DNA of 64,000 bases from an uncultured cyanobacterium (GCA_963749915.1 CAVVOP010000005.1:96001-160000), one strand, 5' to 3'. Shown: positions 1 to 11,238, numbered from the stretch's first letter. The notes: a model not told the origin generated them from the letters alone. Translations and numbers: made by a program.

Positions 1-2
1 TA

Positions 3-503
3 GAACCGGCGGTATCCGCTTTTGGCCAGGGATTTTCTCTCACTCCCCTCAAATTAGTGCAATTACACGCAGCCTTAGCTAATGGTGGTAAATTAGTGAC
101 TCCCCATGTAGTCCAAGGTTTAGTTAATGCCGAGGGCAAATTAGAATCAGTGCCAAAACGAGAGAGTAAACAAATTTTTCAAGAAAGTTCTGCCAATAGT
201 GTGGTGAAAATGATGCGATCGGTGGTTGATAATGGTACGGGAAAAGTAGCACAAATTGACGGTTATCCCATCGGCGGTAAAACCGGTACTGCTCAAAAAC
301 ATGACGGTAGAGGTAGATACCAAGCCAACGCTAAAATTACTAGTTTTATTTCGATATTACCTACAGATGAACCTCGCTATGTAGTTTTTGCTGTAGTTGA
401 TGAACCAAAAGGAGCAAATACTTACGGTTCAACAGTTGCCGCCCCCGTAGTTAAAGAAGTTATGAATGCCATTATTCGCTTAAAAGGTATACCCCCTTCT
501 TAA
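3..503 (+). CDS. Penicillin-binding protein (class B transpeptidase, FtsI/PBP2-like), C-terminal part truncated by the window edge
   Basis: Frame is open from base 3 ([16 protein letters not shown]); KTGTAQK transpeptidase motif; GSTVAAP. Confidence 0.9.
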   Translation, partial: EPAVSAFGQGFSLTPLKLVQLHAALANGGKLVTPHVVQGLVNAEGKLESVPKRESKQIFQESSANSVVKMMRSVVDNGTGKVAQIDGYPIGGKTGTAQKHDGRGRYQANAKITSFISILPTDEPRYVVFAVVDEPKGANTYGSTVAAPVVKEVMNAIIRLKGIPPS

Positions 504-591
504 TCCCATGAGCTTAAAAAAATAATTAGCAATAGATATTCCTCCTAACTCTTAGGTCCGAACCCTGATATTGTTTATTGGTCAACATTTT

Positions 592-1380
592 ATGATTAAT
601 GTTTATGATATTTTAAATCAAATCGAAAGAGTGCGAATTAGTGATGGGGCAACTGTTCCCATTCTCAGGGGTTGTGAATCTGCCCATGGCTTACTTGTCC
701 TTGTTTGGCCACAACTAGGAGATTTTGATAGTTTAGAATATGCTTGGTGGTTGCAACGGGAATTTGCCAAAATTCAAGATAAAGGGATAATAATTCGGGC
801 GATTGGCATAGGCGATCGCCATTCAGGTTTAAAATTTTGTGAATATACGGGGTTTTCTGAAGATTGTTTATTTATAGACCCCAAAGCTCAATTACACCGG
901 CAATTAGGACTTTATCAGGGCTTATCGCTAAAATTACCGTTTTTAAGTGCTGGCCAAAATGCTTGGCTAAATTTAATGTTAATGTGTGCAGGAATTGGTA
1001 GTCCGGGGACACTTAAAGAAGTTCTTCGGGGATATACAGGAAATAAACAAGCACCGCAGTTAATTGCTGACGAGGAAACCATCCATGCAAAACCTTTACC
1101 TCCTTTGAAGGGTTCATTTTTTAAAATGGCTGGAGGCGGGGGTTTTCAACGTCCTTTTGAATTAGCAACTTTAAGACTGAGGAATATGACTGAGGTTCTT
1201 AGTAATTGGTCAACCTATGTGCCAGATTCAGTCTATTTAACCCAAAGAGGGGGCACTTTTTTATTTGATGGGGAAGGGAATTTACTTTATCAATATCGGG
1301 ATCGCAACATTCTTGGTTTTGCTGAAAATATGACTAATCCTTTATCTTTTTTATCTCATACTTTAAATGTGGAAAAATAG
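592..1380 (+). CDS. Peroxiredoxin-like AhpC/TSA family protein (cyanobacterial/plant type)
   Basis: QLGDFDSLEYA, LMCAGIGSPGTL, QRPFELATLRLRNM and LTQRGGTFLF motifs; ATG at 592 preferred over TTG at 571. Confidence 0.75.
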   Translation: MINVYDILNQIERVRISDGATVPILRGCESAHGLLVLVWPQLGDFDSLEYAWWLQREFAKIQDKGIIIRAIGIGDRHSGLKFCEYTGFSEDCLFIDPKAQLHRQLGLYQGLSLKLPFLSAGQNAWLNLMLMCAGIGSPGTLKEVLRGYTGNKQAPQLIADEETIHAKPLPPLKGSFFKMAGGGGFQRPFELATLRLRNMTEVLSNWSTYVPDSVYLTQRGGTFLFDGEGNLLYQYRDRNILGFAENMTNPLSFLSHTLNVEK

Positions 1381-1392
1381 TGGACTAGAGTA

Positions 1393-1827
1393 TTAACTTG
1401 CGAGGTCTAAAAAATCAAGTAATATTTTTCGGTGAATATCCGCAAATGGTTTTATTTGTTTTGCTTTTTCCGAATAGTAACTGCCAAGATGAATTATTTG
1501 GGGAGAAACAAGGGCAAAATCCCATCCTTCTCCAAGGGTTAAATTCTCAATTCCAACAGTTAATGGGAGAGAATAAACATGGCGAATAACTCGTTTATCC
1601 TCATAACGACCAAATTCAGAAAAAGTTGAAATATCATAGTTAATTTCTTCTTTGATTTCTCGTCTTAATGCGGATTCTGGTTTTTCCCCTTTTTCCAGAT
1701 GACCACCAAATAATGCCCAACATCCGGGGTGAACGATTTTTGGAGTATTATCTCGAAGTTGAACAAGAAACTCTCCCTGTCGATAAATAATAGCGATCGC
1801 TACCGCAACAAGTTGATTTTGACTCAT
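1393..1827 (-). CDS. NUDIX hydrolase
   Basis: Nudix box GGHLEKGEKPESALRREIKEEI. Confidence 0.9.
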   Translation of the reverse strand: MSQNQLVAVAIAIIYRQGEFLVQLRDNTPKIVHPGCWALFGGHLEKGEKPESALRREIKEEINYDISTFSEFGRYEDKRVIRHVYSLPLTVGIENLTLGEGWDFALVSPQIIHLGSYYSEKAKQIKPFADIHRKILLDFLDLAS

Positions 1828-1890
1828 TGTGATTTCTTGATTTAAAAAAAGTAATTTATGTCATATTGTCATAATTTCCGCATCAATCTA

Positions 1891-3363
1891 TTAATCCATT
1901 CTTAAGCCTAATTCGAGGTTCTCCGATGATCCTTCATGAACAGTTTTAACCCATTTTAGTTGTTTTTGACGGACGGACATTCTAGCGGTAGTAACGGGCA
2001 TTACTATAAACCAGTGGGTCATATAAATCATTCCCAAAATACTTTTTATAACCATGTTAAAGCTATCACCAATGCTTGATTTATCGCCTGTTTTTGTCCT
2101 TTTTAACCCTGTGAACATTCCCCAAAATGCCAATATTAAGGTTAGGCTTGTGAGAGGTGCAATTAAGGGTATATGATGACGGGTAACTACCATGACTAAA
2201 TCGGGTATTGCGGCAGTAGGGAAAATATATTGTACCAAAAAGAAATAGAGTAAATCAAATTTTTTGTACCAATTTAGGCGATTACTAAGGATAAACCGCC
2301 AATAGTCGAAATAACGTTGATAACCACCTTCTGCCCAACGACTTCTTTGATGCCACAATGCGATCGCCTTTTTTACTCCTTCTTCTTCTACGGCAGGATT
2401 TTCTAGGATACCAATATCCCAATTATCTAAGTGTAAACGGATGGTTAAATCAAGATCATCGGTGATGGTTTCTTCATTCCAACCGCCACAACTATCTAAG
2501 GCTAGACGGCGCACAAATTGGCCGTTACCCCTTAATTCTCCCATGCCACCACAAGCGATTCTCTGTTGTTGAAAGTAGCTATCTAGTGCCATTTCTGTCC
2601 ATTGTCCTCGGGCCCAAAAATTTTCATCAGCGTTAGAAATTGATTTTCTGACTTGGATGGCACCAATATTCTCGGCTTCAAATAAAGGTACTATTTTTCT
2701 TAATAAATCGGGAGAGGCGACGGCATCCGCATCAAATACCCCGACAATATCCCCAGTGGTTAAAGCCAAAGCTTGATTTAATGCACCAGATTTACCTCCT
2801 TTTGCGGTACCATCTCGATGTAAAACTTTTAATTGGGGGTGTTTTCGTGCTAACTCATCTAAAATTATTCCCGTGCGATCGCTACTATTGTCGTTGATAA
2901 CCCAAAATTCATATAAATCTTGAGGGTAATCAAAACTCAACAGCATTTTTACCAATTTTCCCACCACTGCTTCTTCATTTTTTGCCGACACCATGAGGGA
3001 CATTTTCGGTAAATTGACGATATCTCCAGAGGAAATAACGGCAACAGGGGGAGAAACAAACATTAATCTTAAGGCTTGAATCGTAACAAAAATGCCTAAG
3101 CCTAAGACAAACCAAATACTCCAGGAAACTAAATGCAGAGTAATGGTCACCATCCAAATTATACTTAAAGCAAAAGCGGCTTTTTTCCTTCTTCCTGATA
3201 AACCCTGAAAAAAATCGTTTCTAAATTCTTCCTCTTCTATCTGGGGATCAGAAAACTCTGCTATTAATGAGGTAATGGGATCTAATTCTGTATTCACATT
3301 TGAACTATTAAGTCTATCTTTTTCTGGCATGATTAGTTTTGGCCTTTTAATAAAATTTACCAA
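1891..3363 (-). CDS. mgdA: GT2 monoglucosyldiacylglycerol synthase-like membrane glycosyltransferase
   Basis: GGKSGALN, FDAD, GELRGNGQF, TDDLD and QRSRWAEGG motifs; WVKTVH end typical of cyanobacterial MgdA; start may be 3330. Confidence 0.8.
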   Translation of the reverse strand: MVNFIKRPKLIMPEKDRLNSSNVNTELDPITSLIAEFSDPQIEEEEFRNDFFQGLSGRRKKAAFALSIIWMVTITLHLVSWSIWFVLGLGIFVTIQALRLMFVSPPVAVISSGDIVNLPKMSLMVSAKNEEAVVGKLVKMLLSFDYPQDLYEFWVINDNSSDRTGIILDELARKHPQLKVLHRDGTAKGGKSGALNQALALTTGDIVGVFDADAVASPDLLRKIVPLFEAENIGAIQVRKSISNADENFWARGQWTEMALDSYFQQQRIACGGMGELRGNGQFVRRLALDSCGGWNEETITDDLDLTIRLHLDNWDIGILENPAVEEEGVKKAIALWHQRSRWAEGGYQRYFDYWRFILSNRLNWYKKFDLLYFFLVQYIFPTAAIPDLVMVVTRHHIPLIAPLTSLTLILAFWGMFTGLKRTKTGDKSSIGDSFNMVIKSILGMIYMTHWFIVMPVTTARMSVRQKQLKWVKTVHEGSSENLELGLRMD

Positions 3364-3403
3364 TGGTTTACACTATCTTAAACATTATTGAGAAAAAATT
3401 ATA

Positions 3404-3530
3404 GGGGAGTTGCTTACAAGGGTAGGTTTTTTATAATTAGGTGTTGACAGGACAAGGAGGACAAGGAAGGAAAGTAGACAAGGGAGTCAAAAGCCTATTC
3501 TTTGGTTGAGGAATCTTCCCTCTCCTCCCA
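3404..3530. repeat. GACAAG-rich dispersed repeat (MITE-like), copy A
   Basis: Shares ACAAGGGTAGGTTTTT with the reverse complement of 24028-24043, and TCTTCCCTCTCCTCCC with about 17585. Confidence 0.6.
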
Positions 3531-3643
3531 ATACTGCTGGGTTAAGCCCGAAAAAGTTATTCGCGCATTCGCGCATTCCCCTCTTATTAGTTTTCCCTAT
3601 TGCTGACTCTCTTTGTTCCTTAATTGTTAATCGTTAATTATTC

Positions 3644-4348
3644 ATGAAACCATATCAAGTTATACCGATAATAGAGTGTAATGAGCCCTTAGTGCCGATT
3701 CCCGATGATCAATTTATCTTAGAAAATCCTTCGGCTTATGTGAAACTCGGTGCAAATTATCAGGGTCAATCACCTTATTTTCTGAGGAAAGGAGTATTGA
3801 ATAGGTTGTTAATGGCTAAGGCAAAACTAAAAGAGATAAAACCCCATTGGCACATCAAGATTTTTGACGCTTATCGTCCTGTTAGTGTACAGCAGTTTAT
3901 GGTTGATTATACTTTTAACTCTATTTGTCTCGATCGTCAACTGGATTCTAAGATGTTAACCCCTTGGGAAAAAGCCTCTATTTATGAGGAAGTTTACCAA
4001 ATTTGGGCCATGCCTAGCGATCATCCTTTAACTCCCCCTCCCCATAGTACCGGATCTGCCATTGATTTAACTCTTTTAGATGACAATGGTCTTGAAGTGG
4101 ATATGGGAGGGGAAATTGACGAACTTTCTGAGCGATCGCAACCTAATTATTACATAAGTTCTACTAACTCTGAAAAAAAAGTGTTTCACGAAAATAGAGA
4201 AATATTGTTAAAAATCATGACTTACGGGGATTTTCGTCGACATCAGGGAGAATGGTGGCATTTTTCCTACGGTGATCAAATGTGGGCATGGTTACAAAAT
4301 CTTGATAATCCCAAGAGAAAGGCGATAGCCAAATATGCCGGGATATAG
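3644..4348 (+). CDS. D-alanyl-D-alanine dipeptidase (peptidase M15D, VanX/DdpX family)
   Basis: FDAYRP, PPHSTGSAIDLTL and EWWHFSYGD motifs. Confidence 0.9.
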   Translation: MKPYQVIPIIECNEPLVPIPDDQFILENPSAYVKLGANYQGQSPYFLRKGVLNRLLMAKAKLKEIKPHWHIKIFDAYRPVSVQQFMVDYTFNSICLDRQLDSKMLTPWEKASIYEEVYQIWAMPSDHPLTPPPHSTGSAIDLTLLDDNGLEVDMGGEIDELSERSQPNYYISSTNSEKKVFHENREILLKIMTYGDFRRHQGEWWHFSYGDQMWAWLQNLDNPKRKAIAKYAGI

Positions 4349-4510
4349 GTAACACTCTCAGAAGGAATTATGCATTTGAAGGAGATGTTGTCCTTTCAGC
4401 CATAGGTTTTAAGGGATAAATTAATGATTTTAGACCTATCGTGGATAAGTCCTGTCTCTTTTGGCACCTTATGGTTCAAAATAAAAAGAGCCAATATTTA
4501 ATTTAAGATT

Positions 4511-6673
4511 ATGACTTTCAGACGCCGAGAATTTTTAACCTTTTTAGGAATTGGTATTGCTAGTACTGCTTGTAGTTCCATATTAAAAAATAATTTACAA
4601 GCCAACACACCTTCTAGTATTAGTAAACCTTCTTTCAATAATTTTAAACCGATAAAATACCCAATTCCTCTGGATATTAATAACCTTTCTAGTGAAAAAC
4701 AAAAACAAATTTATCAAACCTATCAGGTAGAAGATGATTTAATTTTACCAGAAGGTTTTAAATATGATGTGATTGCCTCTTGGGGTGATAAAGTGGGAGA
4801 TTCTCGTTTCGGTTATAACAATGATTATGTCTCTTTTATTGAAACTAGTCCCAATGAGGGTTTTTTGGTGGTAAATTTCGAATATGTAAGTCAGACTCCT
4901 TGGCTACAAACTTACGAAACTGTCGTCGGTAAATCCTTGGATGGTCAGGTTTTAAAAACTTTAGCAGAGGCGAATCAAAATCAACAAGCTTTAAATCTTT
5001 TTGCCCTCCCCGAGGACAACCCTGCCAAATTAAAATTTCAGGAATTTTTCGCTGAATTATTAATAGATCAAGGTGTAGGTATAATTTCTGTGAGTCTTGA
5101 TAGTAAGGGTAAATGGCAACGCACTTATAGTAAAAACGATCGCCGTATTACGGGCATTTCTGGCTGGAAAGATAACCATTATTTATCTGTCACTGGTCCT
5201 GCTACGGCTATCTTTAAAAAAGCCGAAGGACTAGGATATATCGACAATCTAGGGGATAAAATTATCGGTACTTTTGCTAATTGTGCAGGGGGTACTTCTC
5301 CTTGGGGTACGATTTTTAGTGCCGAAGAAAATTTCCAGCATTATGTTCCAGAGGGTATTATGGCTGATGGTACTTCTTTGCCCCCAGAATTTGGACCTGT
5401 ATTCGGTTTAATTGGTCAAGGTAATCCTTTTGGTTTGGCAGGTAATAAATACGGTTGGATGGTAGAAATTGATCCTGCCAATAGTAATGATTATGGCAGA
5501 AAACATACATATTTAGGGCGTTTTCGTCATGAGGCGGTAGCTATTCGAGCGGAAAAAGATCAACCTGTAGTATTTTATTCTGGTTGCGATCGCACAGGAG
5601 GACATTTGTATAAATTCGTATCAAAGGGAAAAGTTATTAATCCCACCGACAAAAAAAACTCGGAATTGTTGCAAGAGGGAATTTTATATGTGGCGAAAAT
5701 GGAAGCCGATGGTAAGGGGGAATGGATACCGTTACAAGCTGATACCCCCATTAACCCCACAGCTTTACAACATTTAGAAGGGGGACTGTTAAACATCCCT
5801 AACCCCGATAGGAAAAAAGGCTCATTTATCCCCGTGCAAGATCAGGGAGAATTAGACAATTTTACGGCTAAATATGGCAAATTGGGGGATTTATATGTGG
5901 GCAACACAAAAGAAGAAATACAGGGGGCGATCTTGATTGATGCTCATTTTGCCGCTAGTGTGGCAGGGGGTACTTGTGGTGCTCGTCCTGAAGATGTAGA
6001 ATTGAGTCCCATAGATCGATCGTTAGTAATTGCTTTTACCGCTGGAGTTGCTGGTAGTGATGGCAGTCCTGACAAACGTATTTTTAGTGATCGACAAGGA
6101 AAAATGTATCAATATGGTTGTTTAATGCGTCTCAAAGAAACTGATAATAAACCTGACGCCATAACATTTACATGGGAGATTCTCGGTGTGGGTGGTGAAC
6201 CTTCAAAAGGTGGTATGGGATTTGCTTACCCTGATAATATTGAATTTGACGCTAACGGTGATTTGTGGATGGTTACGGATATGCCTACAGCCACGCAAAA
6301 TCAATCATCTAATGGTGATAGAAATACAACAGGTGCATTAGGAAATAATTCCATTTGGTATATACCTTTATCGGGAGAAAATGCAGGAAAAGCTTATCCT
6401 TTTGGCATAGTTCCCATGGAAGCCGAAGGTACTGGGATGTTCTTTACAAAAGATCAAAAAACCCTTTTTTTAGCGATTCAACACCCGGCAGAAATAAATG
6501 GTATTAGGAAAGATATGGAGGAGAAAAAAGCAGAAATTTCCGTTTTAACCACCGATGGAGAGGAATTTATCCAAAAAAGGACGATTCCCCAAGGCTCAAA
6601 TTGGCCTAGTTTAAAACCCAATCAACCTCCTAAACCTTCTGTTGTTGCTATTTATCATAGTGAAACAATTTAG
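4511..6673 (+). CDS. phoX: PhoX-family alkaline phosphatase (DUF839), Tat-exported
   Basis: Twin-arginine RRREFL leader; NNDY, NCAGG, AEENF, GRFRHE, RPED, PDN and IQHP motifs. Confidence 0.9.
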   Translation: MTFRRREFLTFLGIGIASTACSSILKNNLQANTPSSISKPSFNNFKPIKYPIPLDINNLSSEKQKQIYQTYQVEDDLILPEGFKYDVIASWGDKVGDSRFGYNNDYVSFIETSPNEGFLVVNFEYVSQTPWLQTYETVVGKSLDGQVLKTLAEANQNQQALNLFALPEDNPAKLKFQEFFAELLIDQGVGIISVSLDSKGKWQRTYSKNDRRITGISGWKDNHYLSVTGPATAIFKKAEGLGYIDNLGDKIIGTFANCAGGTSPWGTIFSAEENFQHYVPEGIMADGTSLPPEFGPVFGLIGQGNPFGLAGNKYGWMVEIDPANSNDYGRKHTYLGRFRHEAVAIRAEKDQPVVFYSGCDRTGGHLYKFVSKGKVINPTDKKNSELLQEGILYVAKMEADGKGEWIPLQADTPINPTALQHLEGGLLNIPNPDRKKGSFIPVQDQGELDNFTAKYGKLGDLYVGNTKEEIQGAILIDAHFAASVAGGTCGARPEDVELSPIDRSLVIAFTAGVAGSDGSPDKRIFSDRQGKMYQYGCLMRLKETDNKPDAITFTWEILGVGGEPSKGGMGFAYPDNIEFDANGDLWMVTDMPTATQNQSSNGDRNTTGALGNNSIWYIPLSGENAGKAYPFGIVPMEAEGTGMFFTKDQKTLFLAIQHPAEINGIRKDMEEKKAEISVLTTDGEEFIQKRTIPQGSNWPSLKPNQPPKPSVVAIYHSETI

Positions 6674-6844
6674 GTAGAATGAAGATGAAAATTTTAGTTT
6701 ATTGATCGTCATTCCTGATTTATAATGGCGGTAATAAATTGACTTTTATCCTTGGTAAGGAATAAAAAGTTTTTTCACAGCACCACAAATAGGACAAAAT
6801 AGGGATTTTATGATTTAAGGCAACAAAACTATCATCAATTATTC

Positions 6845-8890
6845 ATGACAAATCATCTAGTCAACACCCAAAGTTTATATCTCCGTAAACACGCTCATAA
6901 CCCCATTAATTGGCACTTTTGGGGGGAAGAGGCCTTAAATCTCGCAAAATTGCACAACAAGCCCATTTTTCTCTCCATTGGTTATTCTAGCTGTCATTGG
7001 TGTACAGTTATGGAAGGAGAGGCTTTTTCTGATACGGCGATTGCGGAATACTTAAATAAATATTTTGTAGCGATAAAAGTTGATCGAGAAGAACGTCCGG
7101 ACATCGATAGTATATATATGACAGCGTTGCAGATGATGACAGGACAGGGGGGATGGCCATTGAATATATTTCTCACTCCTGACGATTTAGTACCCTTTTA
7201 CGGTGGCACGTATTTTTCCATGGAACCCCGTTATGGTAGGCCCGGATTTTTACAAATATTACAATCTCTTCATGATTTTTACCATCAACAAAAAGATAAA
7301 GTTTCGGCACTAAAAAGCGAAATTGTTAAGGGTTTGAGCAGTCATTCTCAGGTAACTTTTGCCCCTGATAGTCAGTTAACCACTGAATTATTAAACCAAG
7401 GCATTGATAGTAATAGTAAAGTCCTCGCCCGTGATGATTATGGTTCGCCTCGTTTTCCCATGATGCCTTATAGTAATCTTATCCTCGAAGGATCGATCTC
7501 GAATAATGAGTGTCATGGTTTGGCCATAAAAAGAGGTCTGGATTTAGTTAACGGAGGTATTTATGACCATGTTGGCGGCGGTTTTCATCGTTATACCGTT
7601 GATGCCACATGGACAGTGCCCCACTTTGAAAAAATGCTTTACGATAATGGTTTAATCATGGAATTTTTGGCTAATTTATGGAGTAGTGGTGTAGAAGAAC
7701 CAGAAATTAAACTTAGTTGTGAGGGAATTTTAAGCTGGTTAAAACGAGAAATGACAGCTGATAAAGGTTATTTTTATGCTTCTCAAGATGCGGATAATTT
7801 TAGCAATATAAATGACACTGAACCAGAAGAGGGCAATTTTTATGTATGGAATTATCAACAGCTAAAGCAAATTTTATCAAAAGAAGAATTTAATGCTTTT
7901 GAGGATACTTTTATTATTAGTAAAAGTGGTAATTTTGAAGGTAAAAATGTTTTACAAAAGCAAAAGGAAAAATCTATTAATAACCTTATTAAAAATTCCT
8001 TAGATAAACTATTTACTATTCGTTATGGCGAAAATTCAACTAAGTTAACTAAATTTACTCCTGCTAAAGATAATCAAGAGGCAAAAAGTATTCATTGGCA
8101 AGGACGAATTCCTCCCGTTACTGATACAAAAATGATTCTCTCCTGGAACAGTTTAATGATTTCGGGATTGGCCAGAGCTTATGGTATTTTTGGTGATCAA
8201 AATTACTTAAAATTAGCACAACAAGTAACTAACTTTATTTTAAATAATCAGTGGCAAAAAAATCGTCTATACCGTCTTAATTACGATGGAAAAGTTAGCA
8301 TTTTAGCACAATCGGAGGATTATGCTTTTTTCATCAAGGCTTTATTAGATTTAGCCCAAAATTCTGATGATAATTCTCATTATTATTTAACTCAAGCCAT
8401 CAAAGTACAACAGGAATTTGATCATCATTGTGGCGATGTCCAAGAGGGGGGTTATTATAATAATGCTAATGATAATTGTGACGATTTATTAATCAAGGAA
8501 AAAAGTTACATCGACAATGCCACTCCTTCCCCCAATGGCGTTGCCATCGCCAATTTGGTAAGATTAGGATTTTTAACCGACAATTTAGAGTATTTTGACA
8601 AGGCAGAAAAAACCTTAAAACTCTTTGGCGACATTATGAAGAAATCTCCCGTCAGTTGTCCGAGTTTATTTGTTGCCTTAAACTGGTATTTACAAGGTAC
8701 AAGTGTTAAAACTACAAAAGAAGTTAAATCACAAATTAACCAACAATATTTACCGACCACAGTGTATCGAATAACAGAAAAATTACCTTCGAATAGTATC
8801 GGTGTTGTCTGTAGTGGTTTGTCTTGTTTTGAACCCGCTATAACTATAGATCAATTGTTAAAACAAATTAAAGAAATTAGGGTGAGTTAG
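6845..8890 (+). CDS. Thioredoxin-domain protein, YyaL/SSP411 family
   Basis: GYSSCHWCTVM, KVDREERPD, GGWP and VPHFEKMLYD motifs. Confidence 0.92.
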   Translation: MTNHLVNTQSLYLRKHAHNPINWHFWGEEALNLAKLHNKPIFLSIGYSSCHWCTVMEGEAFSDTAIAEYLNKYFVAIKVDREERPDIDSIYMTALQMMTGQGGWPLNIFLTPDDLVPFYGGTYFSMEPRYGRPGFLQILQSLHDFYHQQKDKVSALKSEIVKGLSSHSQVTFAPDSQLTTELLNQGIDSNSKVLARDDYGSPRFPMMPYSNLILEGSISNNECHGLAIKRGLDLVNGGIYDHVGGGFHRYTVDATWTVPHFEKMLYDNGLIMEFLANLWSSGVEEPEIKLSCEGILSWLKREMTADKGYFYASQDADNFSNINDTEPEEGNFYVWNYQQLKQILSKEEFNAFEDTFIISKSGNFEGKNVLQKQKEKSINNLIKNSLDKLFTIRYGENSTKLTKFTPAKDNQEAKSIHWQGRIPPVTDTKMILSWNSLMISGLARAYGIFGDQNYLKLAQQVTNFILNNQWQKNRLYRLNYDGKVSILAQSEDYAFFIKALLDLAQNSDDNSHYYLTQAIKVQQEFDHHCGDVQEGGYYNNANDNCDDLLIKEKSYIDNATPSPNGVAIANLVRLGFLTDNLEYFDKAEKTLKLFGDIMKKSPVSCPSLFVALNWYLQGTSVKTTKEVKSQINQQYLPTTVYRITEKLPSNSIGVVCSGLSCFEPAITIDQLLKQIKEIRVS

Positions 8891-8909
8891 AAGTTAGGAG
8901 TTTTTTTCT

Positions 8910-8958
8910 GTTGAACACCGATTTTCATGTTACGAAAATCGGCGTTCAACTGTTTTTT
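8910..8958 (+). terminator. Strong hairpin (terminator or REP-like) at the left edge of the glycan island
   Basis: GTTGAACACCGATTTTC-loop-GAAAATCGGCGTTCAAC followed by a T-run. Confidence 0.65.
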
Positions 8959-9074
8959 GATCATGGTTTTCCTGATTTATTCGAGTAGGTTGTTGACTAT
9001 ATGAATGAACTCCCTATAGTGCCAACGCTCATCAAAAGTATAACAAGCCAATCCTTTACCTCTAGCTCTTTTTT

Positions 9075-10169
9075 TCAGCTTAAGTTGGTACCCGAAAAAC
9101 CTATTATCGCCTCCGGCGGACGGAGCGGGGGGCGCCGACCTGCCGCCTCTTCGATTTCTGCGGTGGTAATTACCTCGACGTGCCTGCGGCTGCGTGGCAC
9201 TTTGTGCTGGGGATCCTCTTTCCCACACTTGGAAATTCCAAGCCAGTCAAGAAGAGCTGGCGTATAATCGGACAAGAAGTACTTGAGCCTGGCAGCGAAT
9301 TTAAGGGCCAAGAAATCGAGTTTGATCTTGACGGATTCAAAAAAGGATGGCTGCTCCACGAATTCATCCCAGCCCGTATCTGCTAGTTGCTGACGATACC
9401 ATTCTGAGGCAGCTTTCCAGATCGAGTACCTACTGCGGGACCAAGGCTTGGATGATGTATAGTGCTCGATAAATGCCTTGTGGTCGGAAGCGTACATTAG
9501 ATAAGACTCGTGGAGATTCCAACGGGGATCGAGGGGAGTCCATCGGTTCTTTAGCACCGCATTCAATGCGTCCTGATCTGGTGCCTCCACACACCTTTCA
9601 GGATAGTGCTCCAGAAATTGACGGGCCTCGGCGAGAATGCCAAGTTCGAGGACGGCTGGCCAGTCGAACACCATCACCCCGGACTGTAAGTAGGGTGCGT
9701 CGGGGTCGAGAAACAGCATCTGCCGCCGCTCGCCGATTTTATTTGTGAGGTAGTAGAACATATCGTGGACCGCCCCCACCGGTTTTCCGTGCAAATCGAC
9801 GTTCAGAAGCGGGGTCAGATCGGTGAGAACCCGGGTATCAGCATCCAAATACACCAGCCGCCCGACATCTGAGCCAAAGATTTCGTCAAAATAGAGCCGC
9901 AGGTAAGCCGCCCGCGGCCATCGACGGTCTTGGATAGTCTTGATTTTTTCTGCAATCTCGGTTGCAACCACGATCTCAACTTCCATTTGCCGTGCTGCAA
10001 ACATGCCCTTTGCTTTAGTAAGATCTGTCTCATCTACATCGCAACATACGAGAAACAATGAGGCGTCGAGTTTATGCCGAAGATTTTCGTACGAAGAGTA
10101 GAGCTGGCAACAGGCTGCAGGTAGATAACCTCGATCCGTAGTAGAAACGATGATAGTATTATTAGTCAT
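9075..10169 (-). CDS. Glycosyltransferase family 8
   Basis: AAYLRL, VYLDAD, SGVMV, PDQDALN and HYT-KPW motifs; visibly higher GC than the flanks. Confidence 0.88.
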   Translation of the reverse strand: MTNNTIIVSTTDRGYLPAACCQLYSSYENLRHKLDASLFLVCCDVDETDLTKAKGMFAARQMEVEIVVATEIAEKIKTIQDRRWPRAAYLRLYFDEIFGSDVGRLVYLDADTRVLTDLTPLLNVDLHGKPVGAVHDMFYYLTNKIGERRQMLFLDPDAPYLQSGVMVFDWPAVLELGILAEARQFLEHYPERCVEAPDQDALNAVLKNRWTPLDPRWNLHESYLMYASDHKAFIEHYTSSKPWSRSRYSIWKAASEWYRQQLADTGWDEFVEQPSFFESVKIKLDFLALKFAARLKYFLSDYTPALLDWLGISKCGKEDPQHKVPRSRRHVEVITTAEIEEAAGRRPPLRPPEAIIGFSGTNLS

Positions 10170-10255
10170 TTTTCACTCTATTAAATAAATTACTACTGTG
10201 TGAGGGCATTTTTTACTTTTAAAATATTATTCTGATATACTCTTTGATATCTCAA

Positions 10256-11212
10256 CTATGCAATGCTTTTTTTGTGTTGTTTCGTCGAAATATTAAATAT
10301 TTCTTTGACTAATTCCCACCAATTATTCCAATCAATTAACCAGCTTATCAATATCCATAGACACTTGAATCGCTCAGACAAGGAGAGAGGGTAAGTAAAT
10401 ATACTGCGATAATACCCTTGGACGCATTTAAACCGTGACGTAAATTTGCCATAATTTAAATTAGGGGAAATCCAGCTTGCTCGCTCTTTTGCATCCCGGA
10501 TCGATTGCGATTGTTCGGCATGAAGTCGAAAATAGCCGATGGCATTCGGAACTTCTTGTAATTTACCCATCAAGCTAAGTTCAGTTAGAAGCACTTTATC
10601 TGAACCATAGTAAGCATCATGCTGAGAAGTTCGTTTAATTATGTCTGTACGAGACAAACCAAAAAACTCATAACATTCGGTTACCCTAAACAAGACCTCT
10701 GAGTAGCGCTCACTAGGGGAACTTGATCTAAAATTAAGCTGTTGGTTTATTAGTATAATCTTTCCTTCAGAAGTTTGGTAGGTATTTTCTGCAATTAAAG
10801 GAAGAGGTTTATTATCCTTGTCGATAAGCGATACCCTTGGGAAACTCATCACGACCGAAAGATCGGCCTCTAAAACCCTGACACATTCTTCTAAATAATT
10901 TGAAGAGCACATATCATCATGAGCCATCCATTTGAAAAATTCTCCTCTTGCTAACTGGAATACTTTCTTGTAATTAGAGGCAGCTCCTAAGTTAATAGGA
11001 TTCCTATAATAACGAATTCTCCCATCTTGAGATTGAAAAGATTGACAAATTTCTTCAGTCTTATCCGTTGAAGCATTATCCGAAATAATGATTTCAAAAT
11101 CTTTAAATGATTGTTGAAGCAAAGAATTAATAGCATACTCAAGATAATTTTCACCGTTATACACTGGAATGCCAATACTAACTCTTGGATGTTTAACATT
11201 TAGTTCAACCAT
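10256..11212 (-). CDS. Glycosyltransferase family 2
   Basis: VSIGIPVYNGENYL, SDNASTD and WMAHDD motifs. Confidence 0.9.
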   Translation of the reverse strand: MVELNVKHPRVSIGIPVYNGENYLEYAINSLLQQSFKDFEIIISDNASTDKTEEICQSFQSQDGRIRYYRNPINLGAASNYKKVFQLARGEFFKWMAHDDMCSSNYLEECVRVLEADLSVVMSFPRVSLIDKDNKPLPLIAENTYQTSEGKIILINQQLNFRSSSPSERYSEVLFRVTECYEFFGLSRTDIIKRTSQHDAYYGSDKVLLTELSLMGKLQEVPNAIGYFRLHAEQSQSIRDAKERASWISPNLNYGKFTSRFKCVQGYYRSIFTYPLSLSERFKCLWILISWLIDWNNWWELVKEIFNISTKQHKKSIA

Positions 11213-11238
11213 AATACAAGTTATTCTTTACATAAAGT

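Noticed and set aside
8977..10033. Several short ORFs overlapping the GT8 gene
   Set aside because: Shadow ORFs expected from high GC
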